From assembly GCA_003168215.1 (NCBI GenBank), contig PMSW01000095.1, positions 7,025-71,024 on the forward strand: DNA of 64,000 bases, in the 5' to 3' direction. Of this stretch, positions 57,962 through 64,000 are shown in pieces (position 1 is the stretch's first letter; the number at the start of each line of letters is the position of its first letter). The notes under the pieces are model-generated. The model saw only the letters and a list, made by a program, of their open reading frames with translations, made no database searches and was not told the DNA's origin. Source of the stretch: Actinomycetota bacterium. GTDB taxonomy: Bacteria > Actinomycetota > Actinomycetes > Streptosporangiales > Streptosporangiaceae. A program made the translations under genes and the position numbers.

Positions 57962-58891
57962 ATGACGGGTGACGCGCGGACGGCGAAAGGATCGGCACCC
58001 GCAGGTCAGCAGTCCGGCGCGATGCTGCTGCCCGCGGTGCGCGGACTACCCGCACCGGGCAGGTGCCTGGTCATGGGCGTTGTCAACGTCACTCCCGATT
58101 CCTTCTCCGACGGCGGGAAATGGTTCGTCGCGGACGCCGCGGTCTCCCGCGGCCTGGAGCTTGCCGCGCTCGGCGCGGACATCATCGACGTGGGCGGTGA
58201 GTCAACCAGGCCCGGTGCGGCCAGGATCTCAGCTGCCGAGGAACTGCGCCGGGTCGGCCCGGTCATCACGGAGCTTGCCGCCGCCGGACTGACAGTCAGC
58301 GTGGACACGATGCGGGCCGCGGTGGCGGAGACCGCGCTGGGGGCCGGGGCGAAGCTGGTGAACGACGTGAGCGGCGGCCTTGCCGACCCCGCCATGTACG
58401 GGCTCGTCGCCGTGGCAGGCGTGCCCTATGTCGTCATGCACTGGCGCGGGCACAGCAGCAGCATGCAGGAGCGGGCTCGCTACGGTGACGTGGTGCAGGA
58501 GGTCTGCGACGAGTTGCGGAGACGCGTGGACGCGGCCGTCGGCGAGGGCGTCGATCCGTCGCTGATCGTGCTTGACGCCGGGATCGGCTTCGCCAAGGCC
58601 GCCGAGCACAACTGGGCGCTGCTGGCCAGCCTGCCGGAAATCGCCCGGCTAGGCGGCGGCGGGGCGCCGTTCCCCGTGCTCGTCGGCGCATCACGGAAGA
58701 GCTTCATCGGCCGCCTGCTCGCGGCCGCCGACGGGACGCCGCGGTCCTTTGCCAGCAGCGACGACGCGACCGTCGCGCTCACCGCGCTGGCCGCTGCCGC
58801 CGGGGCATGGTGCGTGCGGGTGCATGCGGTTCCGGGTAACGCCGACGCGGTCCGGGTGGCCGCGCAATGGCGCGCGGCAGGTGCCGGATGA
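57962..58891 (+). CDS. folP: Dihydropteroate synthase
   Basis: MGVVNVTPDSFSDGG, DVGGESTRPGA, NDVSGG. Confidence 0.9.
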   Translation: MTGDARTAKGSAPAGQQSGAMLLPAVRGLPAPGRCLVMGVVNVTPDSFSDGGKWFVADAAVSRGLELAALGADIIDVGGESTRPGAARISAAEELRRVGPVITELAAAGLTVSVDTMRAAVAETALGAGAKLVNDVSGGLADPAMYGLVAVAGVPYVVMHWRGHSSSMQERARYGDVVQEVCDELRRRVDAAVGEGVDPSLIVLDAGIGFAKAAEHNWALLASLPEIARLGGGGAPFPVLVGASRKSFIGRLLAAADGTPRSFASSDDATVALTALAAAAGAWCVRVHAVPGNADAVRVAAQWRAAGAG

Positions 58892-59253
58892 GCCTGGACA
58901 GGATCGCGCTGCGCGGACTGCGGGTACGCGGCCATCACGGCGTATTCGGCCATGAGCGCCGTGACGGCCAGGAGTTCGTGATCGATGCTGTGCTCTGGAC
59001 GGACACCAGGGCGGCGGCCGATGCCGATGATCTATCCCGTACCGTCGACTACGGCGGCCTGGCGGACCGGCTGTCGGCAATCGTCTCGGGCGAGCCGGTC
59101 AGCCTCATCGAGACGCTCGCCGAACGGCTCGCCGCGACCTGCCTGGCGGACCATCGCGTCGAGGAGGTGGAGATCACCGTGCACAAGCCGCAGGCCCCGG
59201 TGCGCCATCCCTTCGACGACGTGGCGGTGACGATCCGCCGGACCCGCCGGTGA
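58888..59253 (+). CDS. folB: Dihydroneopterin aldolase
   Basis: ATGA overlap with folP. GHHGVFGHERRDGQEF and TVDYG motifs. Confidence 0.9.
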   Translation: MSLDRIALRGLRVRGHHGVFGHERRDGQEFVIDAVLWTDTRAAADADDLSRTVDYGGLADRLSAIVSGEPVSLIETLAERLAATCLADHRVEEVEITVHKPQAPVRHPFDDVAVTIRRTRR

Positions 59254-59903
59254 CTGCGGCCCCGGACCCGCCGGCCACCGCGTTGCCGGACCCGCCGGTG
59301 ACCGCGGCGGCCGGCGCAGTTCGGCCGGCCCGGGTTGTCCTCGCACTCGGCAGCAACCTCGGCGACCGGATGGCGAACCTGCAGGGCGCGGTCGACGCCC
59401 TGCTCGGTCCGCCTGGGCTCGGCTACCTGGCGGTCTCGCCGGTATACGAGACCGCGCCGGTCGGCGGTCCCGGCCAGCCGGACTTCCTGAATGCCGTGCT
59501 GCTCGCCAGTACGATGCTGCCGCCCGGCGCGATCCTGGCGCGCGGCCAGGCGGCGGAGGCGGCCTTCCACCGGGTCCGGACAGTGGCCTGGGGGCCGCGC
59601 ACGCTGGATGTCGACGTCATCGCCTACGGCGACGTGGTCAGCGACGATCCGGTGCTGACGCTGCCGCACCCGCGCGCGCATGAGCGGGCCTTCGTCCTGG
59701 TGCCATGGCATGACGTGGATCCCGGCGCCGAGATCCCCGGCCGCGGCCGCATCGCCGACCTTCTTGCCGCGGCTGCCTCGTCGGCAGCCTCCGGGGCGGT
59801 GCCAGCAGCAGCCTCCGGGGCCGGGCCAGCGGCAGCCTCCGGAGCCGGTACCGGCGCTGCTGCCGTGCGACGCGTTCCTGGCCTGCTGCGGCCGCCGTCG
59901 TGA
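59250..59903 (+). CDS. folK: 2-amino-4-hydroxy-6-hydroxymethyldihydropteridine pyrophosphokinase
   Basis: LGSNLGDR, RTLDVDVI, LPHPRAHERAFVLVP. Confidence 0.9.
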   Translation: MTAAPDPPATALPDPPVTAAAGAVRPARVVLALGSNLGDRMANLQGAVDALLGPPGLGYLAVSPVYETAPVGGPGQPDFLNAVLLASTMLPPGAILARGQAAEAAFHRVRTVAWGPRTLDVDVIAYGDVVSDDPVLTLPHPRAHERAFVLVPWHDVDPGAEIPGRGRIADLLAAAASSAASGAVPAAASGAGPAAASGAGTGAAAVRRVPGLLRPPS

Positions 59904-59940
59904 CCGGGCGACGCGGGCTGCCCGACGGGATGGTGAGCAG

Positions 59941-60408
59941 GTGACGCCGATCCGGCCGTGGTCCCTGGCGGCGGTGGCCGTCTGCTGCGCCGCGCTGGCG
60001 TGGCTGGTGATCCGGCTGGCCTATTCCTCCTTCCCGCCGCTGCCGTGGACCGGTGTGCCCGCCCTGCTGCTGCTCGCTGTCACCGAGGCATGGAGCGGGC
60101 GGAACCTGCGGGCACGGATCCGCGGGCGCCGCCCTGGCGCGAAGCCGGTCGCGGTTATCGCGGTGGCCAGGATGGCAGTACTGGCAAAGGCCAGCGCGGT
60201 GGTCGCCGCGATCTTCGGCGGGCTAGCCGCCGGTTTCCTGATCTTCCTGGGCGATCTCACTGATCTGGCCGGCCGGCCGACTCCCCGGGGCGACGCGATC
60301 ACGGCGGGAGTCACGCTTGCCTGCGCCGTCGTACTGGCCGTTGCTGCCCTGTACCTCGAACGCTGCTGCCGGGCACCCGACCTGCCGGACGAGGCCGACA
60401 CGGAGTAG
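59941..60408 (+). CDS. DUF3180-like membrane protein
   Basis: Four hydrophobic helices. Conserved position after folK. GTG 59941; the track ORF is over-extended. Confidence 0.7.
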   Translation: MTPIRPWSLAAVAVCCAALAWLVIRLAYSSFPPLPWTGVPALLLLAVTEAWSGRNLRARIRGRRPGAKPVAVIAVARMAVLAKASAVVAAIFGGLAAGFLIFLGDLTDLAGRPTPRGDAITAGVTLACAVVLAVAALYLERCCRAPDLPDEADTE

Positions 60409-60501
60409 CCAGGTCACGCCCGGCGGCTGGCGGGCCGCGGTTATGCTGATCCTCGCCGTCCGGTACCGGCGAGGACTGGAACGAGCGAGGACTGGAACGA
60501 G

Positions 60502-61416
60502 ATGGATAACGAGGATCTGCGCGGCCCCGGCGCCGCGTCGCACCCGGCGCGCCTGCGGGTCGGCGTTATCGGCGCCGGCCGGGTCGGCAGCGTCCTGGCC
60601 GCCGCGCTCGGCCGGGCCGGGCACCGGATCATGGGCGCCTCTGCGGTGTCCGACGCGTCCGTGCAGCGGATCGGCAGGAACCTGCCCGGCGTGCCGCTGC
60701 TGCCGCCTGATCAGGTGCTCGCCCGGGCCGATCTCGTGCTGCTCACCGTCCCTGACGACGTGCTGCCCGCCCTGGTATCCGGGCTTGCCTCGACCGGGTC
60801 CCCGATGCAGGGCCGCCTGGTCGCGCACGCCAGCGGCCGGCACGGGCTGGCCGTGCTCGAGCCCGCGGTCCGCTGCGGCGCGCTGCCGCTGGCCTTGCAC
60901 CCGGTGATGACATTCACCGGCCGGCCGGATGACATCGACAAGCTGGCCGGGATCTGCTTCGGGGTGACCGCGCCGGCGTCGCTGCGCCCGGTGGCCGAGG
61001 CGCTCGTGGTGGAGATGGGCGGCGAGCCCGTGTTCATCGCGGAGGAAAGCAGGAACCTGTACCACGCGGCGCTCGCGAGCGCCGCCAATCACCTGGTCAC
61101 CCTGGTTGTCCAGGCAGCGGACCTGCTGCGCGCGGCCGGCGTAGCGGACCCGGGCCGGATGCTCGGGCCGCTGCTGTCCGCGGCGCTGGACAATGCGCTG
61201 CGCCTCGGTGACGCTGCCCTGACCGGCCCGGTCGCGCGCGGCGACGCCGACACCGTGGCCAGTCATATCGATGCGCTGCGGGCTGTCTCGCCGGAGGCTC
61301 TCGCCGCCTACGTGGCGCTGGCGAGGCTGACTGCTGACCGCGCACTCGCCGCGGGCTCACTCGCCGCACCGGATGCGCAGCGCCTGCTTGACGTGCTGGC
61401 CGGAGCGCCCAGGTGA
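60502..61416 (+). CDS. Rossmann-like / DUF2520 domain protein
   Basis: VGVIGAGRVGSVLA dinucleotide fold. Conserved position upstream of panC. Confidence 0.8.
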   Translation: MDNEDLRGPGAASHPARLRVGVIGAGRVGSVLAAALGRAGHRIMGASAVSDASVQRIGRNLPGVPLLPPDQVLARADLVLLTVPDDVLPALVSGLASTGSPMQGRLVAHASGRHGLAVLEPAVRCGALPLALHPVMTFTGRPDDIDKLAGICFGVTAPASLRPVAEALVVEMGGEPVFIAEESRNLYHAALASAANHLVTLVVQAADLLRAAGVADPGRMLGPLLSAALDNALRLGDAALTGPVARGDADTVASHIDALRAVSPEALAAYVALARLTADRALAAGSLAAPDAQRLLDVLAGAPR

Positions 61417-62282
61417 TCCCCGTCCTCGCCCGGACCAGGGCGGAACTGGCGGCAGCGCGCGGCAGCATGTCCGGCCCGGTGGTGCTGGTACCGACCATGG
61501 GCGCGCTGCACGACGGGCACCGGGCCCTGCTCCGCCGCGCCAGGCAGGTCGCGTCGCCGAACGGGAGCGTGCTGGTTTCCGTCTTCGTCAACCCGCTCCA
61601 GTTCGGGCCGGACGAGGATTTCGCCCGTTATCCGCGCAGCCTGGACACCGACGTGGCCGTCTGCGGCGAGGAGGGCGCGGCGGTCGTGTTCGCGCCGGAT
61701 CATGCCCAGATGTACCCGGCAGCGCAGCTGATCACCGTCGACCCGGGGCCGATGGGGCAGGTGCTCGAAGGCAAGTCGCGGCCGGGTTTCTTCGCCGGAG
61801 TGCTGACCGTGGTGCTGAAGCTGTTCCAGCTGGCGCGACCGGATGCGGCGGTATTCGGCGAGAAGGACGCGCAGCAGCTGGCCCTGGTACGCCGGATGAC
61901 CGCGGACTTTGCGCTGGGAGTCGAGATCGTGCCCGAGCCCATCGTCCGGGACTCCGGCGGACTGGCCATCTCGAGCAGGAATGCCTACCTCTCCGGGCCG
62001 GAGCGCACGGCTGCGCTCGCGCTGTCCAGGGCGCTGCTGGCGGGCCAGCAGCAGGCTCACGCGGGCCCGGCCGCGACCCTGGCCGCCGCGCACACGGTGC
62101 TCCAGGCGGCCGCTGCGGCGGACCCGCCGCTGCGGCCTGACTATCTCGCGCTGGTCGATCCGGGCACGTTCGATGAGGTCACCGATGACTACCGGGGACC
62201 GGCTCTGCTGCTGGCGGCCGGCCGTGCCGGATTGACGAGGCTGATCGACAACGCCGCGCTCCTGATCGACGGCCCGCAATGA
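61413..62282 (+). CDS. panC: Pantoate--beta-alanine ligase
   Basis: VPTMGALHDGH and FGEKDAQQ motifs. Confidence 0.9.
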   Translation: MIPVLARTRAELAAARGSMSGPVVLVPTMGALHDGHRALLRRARQVASPNGSVLVSVFVNPLQFGPDEDFARYPRSLDTDVAVCGEEGAAVVFAPDHAQMYPAAQLITVDPGPMGQVLEGKSRPGFFAGVLTVVLKLFQLARPDAAVFGEKDAQQLALVRRMTADFALGVEIVPEPIVRDSGGLAISSRNAYLSGPERTAALALSRALLAGQQQAHAGPAATLAAAHTVLQAAAAADPPLRPDYLALVDPGTFDEVTDDYRGPALLLAAGRAGLTRLIDNAALLIDGPQ

Positions 62283-62343
62283 CCGCCCGGCGCCAGCCCG
62301 CACCGGCACCCGCCCGGGCCAGGGAGGCTGGAGTGAGACCGTC

Positions 62344-63135
62344 ATGCTGCTGACGATCGATGTGGGCAACACCAACACCGTGCTGGGCATCTTCGACGGC
62401 GAGGAGGTGGCCGAGCACTGGCGCATCGCCACTGTCCCCGACCGTACCGCCGATGAGCTGACGGTCATCCTCCAGGGACTGCTCGCGCAGAGCACTCAGC
62501 TCAAGAACCCTGACGTCACCGGGATAGCGCTGTGCTCGACGGTGCCTTCGGTCCTGCACGAGATGCGGGAGATGTTCCGCCGCTACTACGGCGACATCCC
62601 GGCGGTCATCGTGCAGCCGGGGGTGAAGACGGGCGTGCCGGTGCGCATGGACAACCCCAAGGAAGTCGGCAGCGACCGGATCATGAATGCGCTCGCCGCC
62701 ATCCACCTGTTCGGCGGACCCGCCGTGGTCGTCGACTTCGGGACCTCGACGAACTTCGACGCGGTCAGCGAGCGGGGCGAGTTCGTCGGCGGGGCGCTCG
62801 CACCGGGCATCGAGATCTCCGTCGATGCGCTCTCGCGGCGGGCCGCGCAGCTGCTGAAGGTTGAGCTGACCCGCCCGAGTCACGTCATCGGCAAGAACAC
62901 GGTCGAGGCGCTGCAATCGGGAATCATCTTCGGGTTCGCCGGCCAGATCGAGGGGATCGCCAAGCGGATGGCGGCCGAACTCGCCCCCGGCGACCCGGAC
63001 TCGGTCACCATCATCGCCACCGGCGGGCTCGCGCCGCTGGTCATCGACGAGGTGGCCATGATCGACGCGTACGAGCCGTGGCTGACGCTGATCGGCCTGC
63101 GGCTGGTGTTCGAGCGCAACACCGCTGACGGCTAG
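62344..63135 (+). CDS. coaX: Type III pantothenate kinase
   Basis: MLLTIDVGNTNT and DFGTSTNFD motifs. Confidence 0.9.
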   Translation: MLLTIDVGNTNTVLGIFDGEEVAEHWRIATVPDRTADELTVILQGLLAQSTQLKNPDVTGIALCSTVPSVLHEMREMFRRYYGDIPAVIVQPGVKTGVPVRMDNPKEVGSDRIMNALAAIHLFGGPAVVVDFGTSTNFDAVSERGEFVGGALAPGIEISVDALSRRAAQLLKVELTRPSHVIGKNTVEALQSGIIFGFAGQIEGIAKRMAAELAPGDPDSVTIIATGGLAPLVIDEVAMIDAYEPWLTLIGLRLVFERNTADG

Positions 63136-63197
63136 CCGGCCACCGCACTCGCCGCGCCGCGCCGGTGCTGCCAGGCGGCCGGCCGGGCAGCGGCACC

Positions 63198-63259
63198 GGG
63201 AAACCCGACTGCACCCTTTGCGGGTGCACGGAAACCCGGCTGCACCCTTGCGGGTGCGG
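63198..63259 (+). repeat. Two tandem 31-bp units, each with a GC hairpin (GCACCC-loop-GGGTGC)
   Basis: GGAAACCCGACTGCACCCTTTGCGGGTGCA followed by GGAAACCCGGCTGCACCCTTGCGGGTGCG. Lies between coaX and lysS. Confidence 0.8.
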
Positions 63260-63276
63260 CCGGTAACCTCGGGCAG

Positions 63277-64000
63277 GTGAAAACGGACGAGGCCGGCGCC
63301 AGTGAACTGCCGGAGCAGACCAGCGGCCAGCCGGAACAGACCACCGACCTGGCAGGGCAGACCAGCGGCCAGCCGGAGCAGACACGGGTCCGGCTAGCTA
63401 AGCTCGCCGCCATCCGCGCCGCCGGGGGTGACCCCTACCCGGCCGGCTTTCCGCGGACCGCGACCATCGCCGGAGTCCGCCGGCGGTATCCGGACCTGGG
63501 GCCTGGCGTGGCAACGGGCGACCGCGTCGGCGTCACCGGCCGGGTCATGCTTTACCGCAGCGGCGGCAAGCTGTGCTTCGCGACGATCAGGGACGGCACC
63601 GGCGACATCCAGGTCATGATCTCACTGGACCGGGTGGGCCACGACGCGCTGGCCGCCTGGAAGCGGGATGTAGACCTCGGCGACCATATCGGGGTGCAGG
63701 GCGAGGTCATCACCTCCCGCCGCGGTGAGCTGTCGGTGCTCGCTGATTCCTTCGCCATGACCGCCAAGGCGCTTCGGCCGCTGCCCGACAAGCACGCCGG
63801 CCTGTCTGATCCGGGGTCACGGGTAAGGCAGCGTTATCTTGACCTGATCGTCAATCCCGACGCACGGCAGATGGCTGAGCTGCGCGGCACAGTGACCAGA
63901 TCGCTGCGCGAAGAACTGCACCAGCGCGATTTCCTCGAAGTGGAAACGCCAGCGCTGCAGGTGCTTCATGGCGGCGCGAACGCGAGGCCGTTCGTGACCC
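63277..64000 (+). CDS. lysS: Lysine--tRNA ligase (class II), 5' part; continues past the window
   Basis: Frame 1 is open from GTG 63277 to the end. [27 protein letters not shown] is an OB-fold motif, and [10 protein letters not shown] is class II motif 1. Confidence 0.85.
   Translation, partial: MKTDEAGASELPEQTSGQPEQTTDLAGQTSGQPEQTRVRLAKLAAIRAAGGDPYPAGFPRTATIAGVRRRYPDLGPGVATGDRVGVTGRVMLYRSGGKLCFATIRDGTGDIQVMISLDRVGHDALAAWKRDVDLGDHIGVQGEVITSRRGELSVLADSFAMTAKALRPLPDKHAGLSDPGSRVRQRYLDLIVNPDARQMAELRGTVTRSLREELHQRDFLEVETPALQVLHGGANARPFVT

Overview
High-GC (roughly 70%) actinobacterial chromosome segment. The backbone is housekeeping and syntenic, from memory, with M. tuberculosis Rv3598c-Rv3721c and the S. 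coelicolor crp-wblA-asd-dnaX neighbourhood. It contains tadA, SRP RNA-dnaX-ybaB-recR, ask-asd, a metallophosphoesterase, PBP1A, a WhiB-family gene and two ArsA-like ATPases. It continues with an SPFH protein, crp, ppa, dacB, tilS-hpt-ftsH, folE/P/B/K, panC-coaX and the start of lysS. Five tRNA genes are present: Ser-GCT, Ser-CGA, Ser-GGA, Pro-CGG, plus two tRNA-Ser 3' halves. There is no rRNA, no CRISPR array, and no recognisable transposase or integrase. Three accessory patches interrupt the backbone. (1) 7.2-22.8 kb lies downstream of an intact tRNA-Ser(GGA). It contains two identical 56-nt tRNA-Ser 3'-half direct repeats and three related flanking arms, which looks like a fossil tandem array of integrase-type islands. 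Cargo is a membrane PP2C phosphatase, a two-component system, a lipoprotein, a MacB-type ABC transporter, a frameshifted secreted protein, YoeB/YefM, a deacetylase, an AraC regulator, an oxidoreductase and an S9 peptidase. (2) 29.2-33.5 kb has a 0.56-kb AT-rich spacer followed by a translationally coupled GT4 / unknown 338-aa protein / extended GH130 operon of unknown product. (3) 33.5-36.9 kb is a lower-GC patch abutting tRNA-Pro. It holds RelE/Phd, a GTGA-coupled ribbon-helix-helix plus 2-TM membrane pair, an internally duplicated membrane protein and an RHH fusion protein, and is my best candidate for an uncharacterised small module. Several short tandem repeats sit on gene 3' ends, and candidate operators are listed. 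All functional calls rest on motif recognition by eye; no searches were run. Many long ORFs in the track are GC-driven antisense artefacts.
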